Shown one piece after another: positions 9,404 to 18,686 of a DNA stretch of 48,359 nucleotides (its first letter is position 1; every line of letters begins with the position of its first letter). A model generated the notes under the pieces. That model worked only from the letters and a program-made list of their open reading frames with translations, did no database searches and had not been told where the DNA came from. The position numbers were made by a program, and so were the translations under genes. Location: the sequence record SRR2962707_2322. One strand, written 5' to 3'.

Positions 9404-10570
9404 ATGTCCCAGAGCATGCTCGAGGGCGTACGCATCATCGACATGACGACGATGATCTTCGGCCCTTATTGCACACAAATGCTCGCCGATCTGGGCGCCG
9501 ACGTGATCAAGGTGGAGGCACCCGCCGGAGATCTCATGCGCATCGCCGGCAATCCGGCGAAAACACCGGGCATGGGGCCGGCGTTCGTGACCACCAATCG
9601 CGGCAAACGGTCGGTGGTGCTGGATCTGAAACAGGAGCAGGGCCGGCGTGCGCTGGCGGCCTTGCTGGGCGACGCCGATGTCTTCATTCACAATGTGCGC
9701 GCCGATGCCATCGCCCGCCTTGGCTTCGACTATCCCAGCGTCAAAGCCCTGCGCCCGGACATCATTTATGCCCACTGTGTCGGCTTCGGCTCCGGCGGGC
9801 CCTATGCCGGTTTGCAGGCTTACGATGACGTGATCCAGGCCGCCAGCGGCATGACCGATCTGGTTGGCCGCTACGACGGCGGCCAGCCCCGCTATGTGCC
9901 TTCGGTGATCGCCGACAAGGTGGGCGCCTTGTACGCCAGCCAGGCGGTGCTGGCGGCGGTGGTGCACCGGCTGCGCAGCGGCGAAGGCCAGCAGGTGGAG
10001 ATCCCCATGTTCGAGACCTTCACCCAGTTTCTGTTTCAGGAACATTTATTCGGCCAGACGTTTCAACCGCCCACCAGCGAGGACGCCGGTTATTTCCGGC
10101 AACTGGACCCGCACCGCAATCCTTTTCCCACCGCCGACGGCCACATCAGTATCGTCCCTCACAACGATCACTGCTGGCTGACCCTGCTCGATCTGCTCGG
10201 CTGTCCGGAGCTCACCGAACGGCCTGAGTTCAGCAGCCAGCCCGAGCGCCGCGCCAATATCTCGCTGCTCTACAAGGAAATGGCGCAACGCACGCCACAA
10301 AAAACCACCGCTGAATGGATGACACTGTGCCGGACAGCGTCGATTCCGGCCATGCCGGTGTGTCCCTTTGACCGCGTTCTGGAAGACCAGCATTTGTGGG
10401 CCACCGGCCTGTTCCAGCGCCGCCGCCACCCCAGCGAAGGGGACTACGTGGAAATGCCGCTGCCCACCCGTTTCAGTGCGCGGGCACCGCAGCCGGCCCG
10501 GCCGGCACCGCATCTGGGCCAGCACACCGATGAAGTGCTGGCCGAATACAACATCACGGAGTCTCGTTGA
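9404..10570 (+). CDS. CaiB/BaiF family (class III) CoA-transferase
   Basis: LADLGADVIKVE, NRGKRSVVLDLK, AYDDVIQA and APHLGQHT. Confidence 0.93.
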   Translation: MSQSMLEGVRIIDMTTMIFGPYCTQMLADLGADVIKVEAPAGDLMRIAGNPAKTPGMGPAFVTTNRGKRSVVLDLKQEQGRRALAALLGDADVFIHNVRADAIARLGFDYPSVKALRPDIIYAHCVGFGSGGPYAGLQAYDDVIQAASGMTDLVGRYDGGQPRYVPSVIADKVGALYASQAVLAAVVHRLRSGEGQQVEIPMFETFTQFLFQEHLFGQTFQPPTSEDAGYFRQLDPHRNPFPTADGHISIVPHNDHCWLTLLDLLGCPELTERPEFSSQPERRANISLLYKEMAQRTPQKTTAEWMTLCRTASIPAMPVCPFDRVLEDQHLWATGLFQRRRHPSEGDYVEMPLPTRFSARAPQPARPAPHLGQHTDEVLAEYNITESR

Positions 10571-11226
10571 TGATCACGCTTTACCACTGCCATAACGCCC
10601 GTTCGTTCCGCTGCCTGTGGGCCCTGGAAGCGCTTGAATTGCCCTACCAGCTCAACATGATGCCGTTTCCGCCGCGCGTCGAATGCCCCGATTATCTGCG
10701 GGAAAACCCACTCGGCACCATTCCCCTGCTGGTGGACGGTGACACGCGCATGACTGAATCCTCGGGTATCGTCCATTATCTGGTAAGCCGCTACGGACCG
10801 GATTCGTCACTGGCACTGCCCACCGACCACCCTGAGTATGGCGCCTGGATCAACTGGCTGTACTTTGGCGAAGCCACGCTGACCTTCCCGCAGACACTGG
10901 TACTGCGTTACACCCAACTGGAACCGGAAGAACGGCGGCTGCCGCGAGTGGCGGAGGATTATACGCGCTGGTTTCTGTCGCGCCTGAAAGGCGTGGAACG
11001 GGCCCTGAGCGACCGCGACTGGCTATGTGCCGGCCGCTTCACCGCCGCCGACATTTCCGTGGCCTATGCCCTGTTGCTGGCCCAACGGCTCGACCTGTCC
11101 CAGTACTTTCCGCCACGGGTCAGTGCCTATTGGCAACGGGCTCAGCAGGAGCCAGCCTACCTGCGGGCCCAGCGTTCCCAGGACCGGCACCAGCCGTCCT
11201 CAGCCGCCGTTAGTCCGCTGATGTAA
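10570..11226 (+). CDS. Glutathione S-transferase family protein
   Basis: RSFRCLWALE, NPLGTIP, MTESSGI and FTAADI; overlaps the upstream stop codon. Confidence 0.9.
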   Translation: MITLYHCHNARSFRCLWALEALELPYQLNMMPFPPRVECPDYLRENPLGTIPLLVDGDTRMTESSGIVHYLVSRYGPDSSLALPTDHPEYGAWINWLYFGEATLTFPQTLVLRYTQLEPEERRLPRVAEDYTRWFLSRLKGVERALSDRDWLCAGRFTAADISVAYALLLAQRLDLSQYFPPRVSAYWQRAQQEPAYLRAQRSQDRHQPSSAAVSPLM

Positions 11227-11562
11227 TTGGCGCCCGGCCGCCAGCACCTGCTCGGCGGTCATGCCGTGCAATCGTTGCGGCTCCACATCCATAATCAGCT
11301 TCACCGACTGGTCGAACTCGATACGCTGGCCTTCCGGTAGCGAAGAACGCACCCGGTCCAGGGATTCCTGCAGGGATGCCTCGGTGCCGGTATCCAGCAC
11401 CGGCGCGTCCCGGTCGGAGGAGCCGGCCTGATTATGCGGGGCGGCGTCATTGGTGGTGGTGGCTTGGTCGGAGGCCGCGTCCGCGGACGGGTTATCGGAC
11501 GGGCCACAGCCCGTTACCATCGCCACCATGATCAGAGCAGCGGGCAGTTTCCAGATCGACAT
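11200..11562 (-). CDS. Small lipoprotein (DUF6694-like)
   Basis: MSIWKLPAALIMVAMVTG-C lipobox, low-complexity linker, then LDTGTEASLQESL...LHGMTAEQV; RBS AAGGA. Confidence 0.7.
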   Translation of the reverse strand: MSIWKLPAALIMVAMVTGCGPSDNPSADAASDQATTTNDAAPHNQAGSSDRDAPVLDTGTEASLQESLDRVRSSLPEGQRIEFDQSVKLIMDVEPQRLHGMTAEQVLAAGRQLHQRTNGG

Positions 11563-11741
11563 CTTGTTCCTTGGCGTTTTCCTGAGTGATTCTGCACGGT
11601 TGTCGAACCGGCTCAGAATAGCGCCGGCGGGGAGGTTTGTCTGTCGTATTCGCGCTAGTATTAGGCGGTTTTCAGGTAACAGGCGGATACCGGCCCGCGC
11701 CATCATAGGAGTTTCATCCTAGCCCCATTGACGGAGTCACC

Positions 11742-12638
11742 ATGTCTCAGGATTCACCCTCGTCCAACGAGGCACTGCTGACCGCCTTGCATGGTCAGCT
11801 CGAACGCATCGCCCACGCGTTGGAAACCGCCACCGGCACCGCGGCGGTGACCTTTCCCGAAGACGCGCCGGCCTACCGCTGGGAACGGCGTCAGGGACCG
11901 TTCGGCGGCGGCCGCCTGGTGCCGATCGAGGATCCCGCTCTGATCCGCTTCGATGATCTGCGCAACGTGGACCGCCAACGGCAGGCGATTGAGCGCAACA
12001 CCCGGCAGTTCGTCGCTGGCCGACCCGCCAACAATGTGCTGCTCACCGGTGCCCGGGGGACCGGCAAATCGTCGCTGGTGAAAGCCTGCCTGCAGGCGTT
12101 CCACGATGAAGGGCTGCGCCTGATCGAAATCGACAAGGAAGATCTCGCCGATCTGCGCCAGGTGGTGGCCCTGATCCGCCAGCGCCCGGAGCGCTTCATT
12201 CTGTTCTGTGATGATCTTTCCTTCGAGGAAGGCGAAGGCGGTTACAAGGCACTGAAGACCGCCCTGGACGGTTCATTGACCGGCGCCGCCGCCAACATGC
12301 TGATTTACGCCACGTCCAACCGGCGCCATTTGCTGCCGGAGAAGATGAGCGAGAACCTGGAGGCCCGCCCCGGCGAGAACGGCGAGATCCATCCTGGTGA
12401 CACCACCGAGGAAAAAGTATCGCTGTCGGAGCGGTTCGGGTTGTGGCTGAGTTTCTACCCCTTTACCCAGGACGACTATCTGCGCGCCGTGGACCAATGG
12501 CTGCGCTATTTTGGATTCAGTGACGGGGAAGCGGCCGCTTTACGCGACGAAGCAGTGCTGTGGTCCCGCACCCGCGGCGCCCGTTCCGGACGCATCGCCT
12601 GGCAGTTCGCCCGCGATCAGGCCGGCCGGCGGAGCTGA
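11742..12638 (+). CDS. DUF815 family AAA+ ATP-binding protein
   Basis: GARGTGKSS Walker A, FCDDLSFE, YATSNRRHL, SLSERFGLW and RSGRIAWQF; RBS GGAG. Confidence 0.9.
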   Translation: MSQDSPSSNEALLTALHGQLERIAHALETATGTAAVTFPEDAPAYRWERRQGPFGGGRLVPIEDPALIRFDDLRNVDRQRQAIERNTRQFVAGRPANNVLLTGARGTGKSSLVKACLQAFHDEGLRLIEIDKEDLADLRQVVALIRQRPERFILFCDDLSFEEGEGGYKALKTALDGSLTGAAANMLIYATSNRRHLLPEKMSENLEARPGENGEIHPGDTTEEKVSLSERFGLWLSFYPFTQDDYLRAVDQWLRYFGFSDGEAAALRDEAVLWSRTRGARSGRIAWQFARDQAGRRS

Positions 12639-12717
12639 TTCGGCGCGCGAAATCGCGGCTCACGAGCCACTGGTGGCCGACCAATTTTATCGGCTCTCCA
12701 CGTGCCCCGGAAACCGC

Positions 12718-12786
12718 TGTGGGAGCGTGTCTGCAAGCGAATTAGCTCCCGCCCCTCTGGGATTCGCTTGCAGACACGCTCCTACA
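12718..12786. repeat. REP doublet (inverted pair) between convergent genes
   Basis: TGTGGGAGCGTGTCTGCAAGCGAAT (12718-12742) pairs with ATTCGCTTGCAGACACGCTCCTACA (12762-12786). It is a GTAG/GTGG-type REP, and a related copy lies at about 26238. Confidence 0.85.
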
Positions 12787-12826
12787 TATGCGACTCCAGT
12801 GGCCCACGAACCGCGACTCTCGGGCT

Positions 12827-14905
12827 TCACTCCTCCTCGGCGTCCATCACCAGCAACTCCTCGGTGGGCGCCTGCAGGTAATAGCCTTGCAGGTAGTCCA
12901 CCCCGCCCAGAGTCCACAGCGCCTGCATCTGCGCGGCGGATTCGACGAAACCAACCACGGTGCGGCAACCCTTTTCCCCGGCTCGCTTGACCAGTTCGGC
13001 GAAGCGGTCGCGGCTTTCCGGTTTGCCCAGTTCCTGGGTGAAGGACCCTTCGAACTTGACCATGCTGGCGGGCAGATGTTCGAGCAGTTTGAATGGGTCC
13101 AGGCTGCCGCCGAAACGGCTGATCGACAGACCGCAACCCAGTTTGCGAAGGTCCCGGCCGAACGCCGCCGCCTGCTTCAGATGATTCACCGCGTCCCCTT
13201 CGGTGAGCTGAAAGGTCACCTGGGCCGGGCGCAACCGTGCCGCGCGCAAGGCCTTCGCCAGCCAGTCCACCAGGCCAGCCTCGCCCACCGAAAAACCACT
13301 GAGGTTGATCAACAGCCCCGGCACCCGTGATTGCGCGGCGGCGGCGCGCATGGCGTTGAGTATGATCCAGCGATCCACCCGTCCGGCCATGCCCATTTCC
13401 GCCGCCACCGGCATGAACTCGGCGGCGGCCAACGGCTCGCCCTGACGTTGCGGCATCTGCACGAACACCTCGAACAGCTGCTCGCGATCATCATCAAGAT
13501 TCATCAGAGGTTGATAGCGCAGTTGGAAACCGTTGTGTTCCAACGCTTCCCGCAGACTCAGCACGATCGCCTCCTGTGACCCGGAAGCGACGTCGTCCAT
13601 GGGATCATGCACCTTCACCGCGTTGCCCTTGCCGCCGTTCTCGCGCTGGGCCTGGTGACAGCATTTCAACGCCAGCGTCAGGATCGAATGGCTGCTATGG
13701 GCATCCTCTCGGGCGAAGGCCAGCCCGACACTGGCGCTGATATGAACGGTACGGGAAGCCACTTCCGGCATCAGCCCGGCGATGCCGGCACACAAGGACT
13801 CCGCCATGGCGCGGGCCTCATCGATGTCGTTGACCGGCCGCAGCACGGCGAAGTCCTCGCCGTCCATGCGCGCCAGCTTGGCATCGGCGCAGTGCCGGCG
13901 CAGCCAGTCCGCCACCGCCCGCAGCACCTGATCCGCATCCTCCATGCCCAAAGCGGACTGGTGCTGCTCGAAATCATCCACGCGCAAATACAACACCGCC
14001 GCCAGTTGGCCCTGGCGTACCGCGTCGCCGACCGCCTGATCCAGCTGCTCCATGAACCAGGAACGGCTGTACAGGCCGGTGACCTGGTCGGTCTGCACGA
14101 TCTCATCCAGCCGCGCCTGGATCGCGCTTTCATCCACTTCACTGACACGAATGACGATCTGAGTGCAGGCCTCGCCATCGTAGGTACTGGGGGAGAAGAC
14201 AAAAGTCGCGTCGAACTCTTCGCCGTCGGTGCGCAGCCCCCGGCATTGCAGTTCGTCGGTCTGGCTGGCGTCGGCGGCGCGGCCACGCAGCAGCTGCTTC
14301 AGGCGGGCGTGGTCACTGGCGGAGATCAGGTCCATGATCGGCACGCCGGCCAGGTCGTCGGCGCCCTGATAGCCGAAGATCGAGACATAGTTGTCGTTGG
14401 CGTGGATATGCATGCCATCGAGAACGTAGGCGATGGCGTCCCGGCTCTGATCCATCAGCAGCGCCAGCCGTTTCTCCGCCTCATGGCGAATGATCTCCGA
14501 ATGCTGCAGTTCCCGGCGCAAGCGCAGGAACTCGATCATCCGGTCCACCATCAGCATCAGCAATTCACGGTCGTCCACCGGCACCACCGCCCTGGCGCCC
14601 GCCGCCATGGCGGTACGCACCCGGTCCGCGCAGTAGTCATCGCATAACAGCACCACCGGCAGCGCCCGTCCGAGACGGTTGATGTGTTCCAGCGCCCGCT
14701 CGAAGCTGCCGTCACCAAAGCGGGGTCGGCACAGCATCAGTTCCCAGGTGCCGCCCTTGAGGGCCCGGACCAGGTCGTCATCGTTCAGGGCCAGGTGAGC
14801 CCGGGTGGCGCGCCCGGCATTGCGCAGGGCATTCATCAGTTGTTCCGCGTCGTCCTGGGAATCGTGCGCGATCAGCAGGCGAAGGGTATCGAGAGCGTAA
14901 CTCAT
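12827..14905 (-). CDS. fimX: FimX-like c-di-GMP receptor (REC-like, PAS, degenerate GGDEF and EAL)
   Basis: 692 aa. The N-terminus LRLLIAHDSQDDAEQLMNALRNAGRATR resembles P. aeruginosa FimX as recalled. Also DAIAYVLDGMHI, DGEDF in place of GGDEF, EVF in place of EAL, and QGYY. Confidence 0.82.
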   Translation of the reverse strand: MSYALDTLRLLIAHDSQDDAEQLMNALRNAGRATRAHLALNDDDLVRALKGGTWELMLCRPRFGDGSFERALEHINRLGRALPVVLLCDDYCADRVRTAMAAGARAVVPVDDRELLMLMVDRMIEFLRLRRELQHSEIIRHEAEKRLALLMDQSRDAIAYVLDGMHIHANDNYVSIFGYQGADDLAGVPIMDLISASDHARLKQLLRGRAADASQTDELQCRGLRTDGEEFDATFVFSPSTYDGEACTQIVIRVSEVDESAIQARLDEIVQTDQVTGLYSRSWFMEQLDQAVGDAVRQGQLAAVLYLRVDDFEQHQSALGMEDADQVLRAVADWLRRHCADAKLARMDGEDFAVLRPVNDIDEARAMAESLCAGIAGLMPEVASRTVHISASVGLAFAREDAHSSHSILTLALKCCHQAQRENGGKGNAVKVHDPMDDVASGSQEAIVLSLREALEHNGFQLRYQPLMNLDDDREQLFEVFVQMPQRQGEPLAAAEFMPVAAEMGMAGRVDRWIILNAMRAAAAQSRVPGLLINLSGFSVGEAGLVDWLAKALRAARLRPAQVTFQLTEGDAVNHLKQAAAFGRDLRKLGCGLSISRFGGSLDPFKLLEHLPASMVKFEGSFTQELGKPESRDRFAELVKRAGEKGCRTVVGFVESAAQMQALWTLGGVDYLQGYYLQAPTEELLVMDAEEE

Positions 14906-14998
14906 CGGCGCAAATACTCATCCATTATTCGTAGACAAGCTATTGTGCCTGACCCTTTCGGGTTCTCCAAAGCGATCCTGCGACCGTATGAAAAAGGA

Positions 14999-15937
14999 TC
15001 AGCCGCAATTCTGCGTCGATGCTCTGGACAGCGGCTCCGGCTCCCAGGCCCAACGCAAATGATCATGCAAGCGCTTCGCCTCCCCCCCGCCTCGCCGGGT
15101 CAGGGCCGCGGCCAGCGGCCGGGGATCGAAGTAACGCGTGTTGAAGCCACCACCGGAATCGGCGCAGGAAGGCGGCCGGTCGGAATCCAGATCCACCCGG
15201 AACAGGGCCTGCCCTTCCAGTGGTTCCAGGGTCAGCCAGCGCGCCCACTGCGCGGTGGCCCGGTACAGCGCCAGCACCGCCGGCCGCGACAAGCCCCCCG
15301 GTTGAGCACTGGCCAGCAACACCAGACGGCCGTAAGTCACCGCCACCGTGGTTTCCCGCCCTGGCCAGTCCACGTCATCCACCGCCATGGTCTCCAGCTC
15401 TTGGTGCTCGGCTACCGCGTAGAGCCGGTGCAGGCGCCGCCACAATCCCGGCTCGGGAGGGCGGTGCAGCAGTAGATACAGCAGCAGACCGTGCCCCAGT
15501 TGCTCCAGGGTTCGCTGCAACGCCACGGCCGCCGCCTGCCGCGACGGCAGCCCGCGCCCCACCAGCGCCGAACGCGCTACCCCCTGATACCCCAGCGCCA
15601 AGCGATCATGCAGACGCACGCCCAGGTACAACATGTCCAGATCAGCGCCCCCTGGAGACAGCGGCAGGTTGAGCAGGTAGCTGTCCAGGGCCTGGCGGCA
15701 TTGCCGGACCCGCGGCCGGCACAGCTCCAGCAGAGTCATGCGCAACGGCGCTTCGGCCCGCAGGCGGCAGAGATCGGAAAGTACCGCGGCCAAGCAATCC
15801 GCGCTTTCCACAGGCTCTTCCATGGGCAACTTCGCCAGCCAGGCGGCCAGACGACGGGGGCGGTGATTGGCGAACGGTAAGCGATCCAGGTCCGGCGCGC
15901 GCTCCTCGGCCGGTATGGTCCAGATGACCTCATCCAT
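14999..15937 (-). CDS. FimW-like protein, N-terminal helical part only
   Basis: WLAKLP...LELCRP...LALGY and LLYLLLHRPPEPGLWRRLHRLY resemble FimW-family N-termini; directly upstream of fimX. Confidence 0.6.
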   Translation of the reverse strand: MDEVIWTIPAEERAPDLDRLPFANHRPRRLAAWLAKLPMEEPVESADCLAAVLSDLCRLRAEAPLRMTLLELCRPRVRQCRQALDSYLLNLPLSPGGADLDMLYLGVRLHDRLALGYQGVARSALVGRGLPSRQAAAVALQRTLEQLGHGLLLYLLLHRPPEPGLWRRLHRLYAVAEHQELETMAVDDVDWPGRETTVAVTYGRLVLLASAQPGGLSRPAVLALYRATAQWARWLTLEPLEGQALFRVDLDSDRPPSCADSGGGFNTRYFDPRPLAAALTRRGGGEAKRLHDHLRWAWEPEPLSRASTQNCG

Positions 15938-16013
15938 GATGGTGCTTCCCCAATAAGCCGGGGCCCTTGATTCAGAGGTTCCTTGGAATCCAGGGTCCGA
16001 TTCAATGATTATT

Positions 16014-16029
16014 TGTGACGTAGATCACA
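16014..16029. promoter_or_regulatory. CRP/Vfr binding site
   Basis: TGTGA-cgtaga-TCACA, an exact TGTGA-N6-TCACA match, in an AT-rich intergenic region upstream of the fimW-like gene and fimX. Confidence 0.8.
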
Positions 16030-16083
16030 GAATCTAATTGAATAAAAGAGAAATGTAAAATCCATCATACCCCCCGATTCCCT

Positions 16084-17091
16084 TCACCCCGCCAGCACGG
16101 TTTTCGCGTCCTCCCCGGGCTCTTCACGCGCCAGCCGCGGCACCAGGAAGCCCGGCAGGCGCCCGCGCATTTCCCGCACCAGCGCCAGGGCCCGCCGATC
16201 GTCCACGGCGAAATGCGCGGCGCCGGCCACCGCGTCCAATTGATGCAGGTAATAGGGCAGTACACGCGCCTCGTGCAAGGCCTCGGACAAAGCCACCAGG
16301 GCATCGCTGTCGTCGTTCACCCCGGCCAGCAACACCGACTGGTTCAGCAGGGTCACCCCCGCCGCGCCCAGGTCGGCACAGGCCATCGCCAGTTGCGGAG
16401 AGATCTCCCGGGCATGATTGGCATGAAACACCACCGTGGTGCGCCAGCGCGGCCGGGCCAGCAATTCGACCAATTCCTGATCCAGCCGGGCGGGCAGCAC
16501 TACCGGCGTGCGCGTATGCACGCGCAGCCGGCGCAAATGCGGTAAGGCCGCCAGTTCATCCAGCAACTGCCGCAACCGGCCGTTACTCAAGGTCAGCGGG
16601 TCCCCGCCGCTGAGAATCACTTCCTGTATGTCCTCGCGCCGCGCCAGCCAGTCCAGCGCCGCCCGCCAGCGTCCACCGCTGAGATGGGTCTGATAGGGGA
16701 AATGGCGGCGGAAACAATAGCGGCAGTGCACCGCGCAGGCGCCGGTCACCACCAGCAAGGCGCGCCCGTGGTACTTGTGCAGTACCCCCGGCACCGGCGT
16801 ATGCGCACTTTCATCCAACGGATCCGGCCCGTAACCGGGCACCTCGCGGCGTTCATCCCGGTGCGCGAGCACCTGCCGCAGCAGCGGATCCGCGGGGTTC
16901 CCCTTTTCGATCCGGTCCAGATAGGCCCGTGGCACCCGCAGGGGAAAATCACTGGCCGGATCAGCACCGGCGGCCAGGTCGGCACGGTCCAGTTCCAGCA
17001 GTTCACAGAGCTGGTCCAGGTCGGTGACCAGGTCCGCTTGCTGCCGACGCCACTCCGGCACCTGCCAACCGTCGGCCTCCTGCGTTATCAT
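16084..17091 (-). CDS. epmB: EF-P beta-lysylation protein EpmB (lysine 2,3-aminomutase, radical SAM)
   Basis: [28 protein letters not shown] and PYYLHQLD; divergent from efp. Confidence 0.95.
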   Translation of the reverse strand: MITQEADGWQVPEWRRQQADLVTDLDQLCELLELDRADLAAGADPASDFPLRVPRAYLDRIEKGNPADPLLRQVLAHRDERREVPGYGPDPLDESAHTPVPGVLHKYHGRALLVVTGACAVHCRYCFRRHFPYQTHLSGGRWRAALDWLARREDIQEVILSGGDPLTLSNGRLRQLLDELAALPHLRRLRVHTRTPVVLPARLDQELVELLARPRWRTTVVFHANHAREISPQLAMACADLGAAGVTLLNQSVLLAGVNDDSDALVALSEALHEARVLPYYLHQLDAVAGAAHFAVDDRRALALVREMRGRLPGFLVPRLAREEPGEDAKTVLAG

Positions 17092-17143
17092 GGCCAACCT
17101 TTGTAACGCCATCGAAAGATTCCTGAATCAACGGAAAGGGTTT

Positions 17144-17713
17144 ATGGCCAACTATTCTACCAGTGAATTCAAGTCCGGCTTGAAAGTGATGCTTGATGGG
17201 GACCCCTGTTCCATCATTGAGAACGAGTTCGTCAAGCCCGGCAAGGGCCAGGCATTCAACCGGGTCAAACTGCGCAACCTGAAAAGCGGCAAGGTCTGGG
17301 AACGGACGTTCAAGTCCGGGGACAGCCTGGAAGGCGCCGACGTCATGGACGTGGAGATGCAGTATCTCTACAGCGATGGCGAGTTCTGGCACTTCATGGA
17401 TCCGCAGAGCTTCGAGCAGAAAGCCGCCGATGCCGCCGCCGTGGGCGACGCCAAGCAGTGGCTGAAGGAAGAGGACCTGTGCGAAATCACCCTCTACAAC
17501 GGTGAACCGCTGTCGGTGTCCGCGCCCAACTTCGTCGAGCTGGAGATCGTGGAAACCGATCCCGGCCTGAAAGGCGACACCGCCGGCACTGGCGGCAAAC
17601 CCGCCACCCTCACCACCGGCGCGGTGGTCCGGGTACCGCTGTTCGTGCAGGTGGGCGAGGTGGTCAAGGTGGACACCCGCACCGGCGAATACGTCGGCCG
17701 GATCAAAGGCTGA
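17144..17713 (+). CDS. efp: Elongation factor P
   Basis: [22 protein letters not shown] with the modified Lys, and VDTRTGEY; 189 aa. Confidence 0.98.
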   Translation: MANYSTSEFKSGLKVMLDGDPCSIIENEFVKPGKGQAFNRVKLRNLKSGKVWERTFKSGDSLEGADVMDVEMQYLYSDGEFWHFMDPQSFEQKAADAAAVGDAKQWLKEEDLCEITLYNGEPLSVSAPNFVELEIVETDPGLKGDTAGTGGKPATLTTGAVVRVPLFVQVGEVVKVDTRTGEYVGRIKG

Positions 17714-17747
17714 GCATCGCCTGGCCGTGTCCTGACGCCGGATAACC

Positions 17748-18686
17748 ATGTCATCCCGGATCTGGCAGCCCGCCGCTTCCCTGGAGGCCATGAAAGCGCG
17801 CGCCGAGCTTTTGAGCACGGTGCGCGCTTTTTTTGATGCCCGTGGCGTACTGGAGGTGGAAACCCCCGCCCTGGCCGCTCACGGCGTCACCGACCCGCAC
17901 ATCCATTGCATCGAAGTGCCCGGCTACGGCTGGCTGCAGAGCTCGCCGGAGTACCACATGAAGCGGCTGCTGGCCGCCGGCAGCGGCCCGATCTACCAGT
18001 TGTCCCGAGTGTTCCGTCACGGTGAGGCCGGCCCCCGCCACAATCCGGAATTCACCATGCTGGAGTGGTATCGGCCCGATTTCTCCCTGGAACAACTGAT
18101 CGACGAATGTCTGGCGCTGTTGGGTCAGTGGCTCCGGCGGCCCAATGTGATCCGCCCTTTCCGCCACCTGTTCGCCGAGGTCACCGGACTGGATCCGCTG
18201 ACCTGCCCGCCGGCGGCGCTGGTGGCCGCCGCCGGCGAGGCCGGCGCGCCGCACGGTCTGGACCATCGTCAGTCGGTGGATTTCCTGATGGCGACACAAG
18301 TGGAAACCGCACTGGATCCGGCCACGCTCACCGTGGTCACCGACTTCCCCGCCTGGGCGGCGGCGCTGGCTCAGGTGCGGGAGGATGAGGACGGTGTGCC
18401 GGTGGCGCGGCGCTTCGAGATTTACCACGGCGGCCTGGAGTTGGCCAACGGCTATCAGGAATTGACCGACGCCGGCGAGCAGGCCCGGCGCTTCGCCGCC
18501 GACAACCAAGAGCGTGCCGGGCACGGTGACCGCGCCATGGCACCGGACCCGCACCTTCTGGCCGCGCTGCAAACCGGCCTGCCGTCCTGCAGTGGCGTGG
18601 CCATGGGGGTGGAACGGCTATTGATGGCCATCCACGGATATCGCGACATCCGCCAGGTGCTCACCTTCCCCACCCAGCGGGCGTGA
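17748..18686 (+). CDS. epmA: EF-P lysine aminoacylase EpmA (GenX/PoxA)
   Basis: LQSSPEYHMKRLL, HNPEFTMLEWYR, ELANGYQEL and GVAMGVERL; follows efp. Confidence 0.95.
   Translation: MSSRIWQPAASLEAMKARAELLSTVRAFFDARGVLEVETPALAAHGVTDPHIHCIEVPGYGWLQSSPEYHMKRLLAAGSGPIYQLSRVFRHGEAGPRHNPEFTMLEWYRPDFSLEQLIDECLALLGQWLRRPNVIRPFRHLFAEVTGLDPLTCPPAALVAAAGEAGAPHGLDHRQSVDFLMATQVETALDPATLTVVTDFPAWAAALAQVREDEDGVPVARRFEIYHGGLELANGYQELTDAGEQARRFAADNQERAGHGDRAMAPDPHLLAALQTGLPSCSGVAMGVERLLMAIHGYRDIRQVLTFPTQRA

Noticed and set aside
18618-18686. Convergent 3' overlaps (epmA/hydrolase; GST/lipoprotein 11200-11226)
   Set aside because: Short tail-to-tail overlaps are common in GC-rich genomes.
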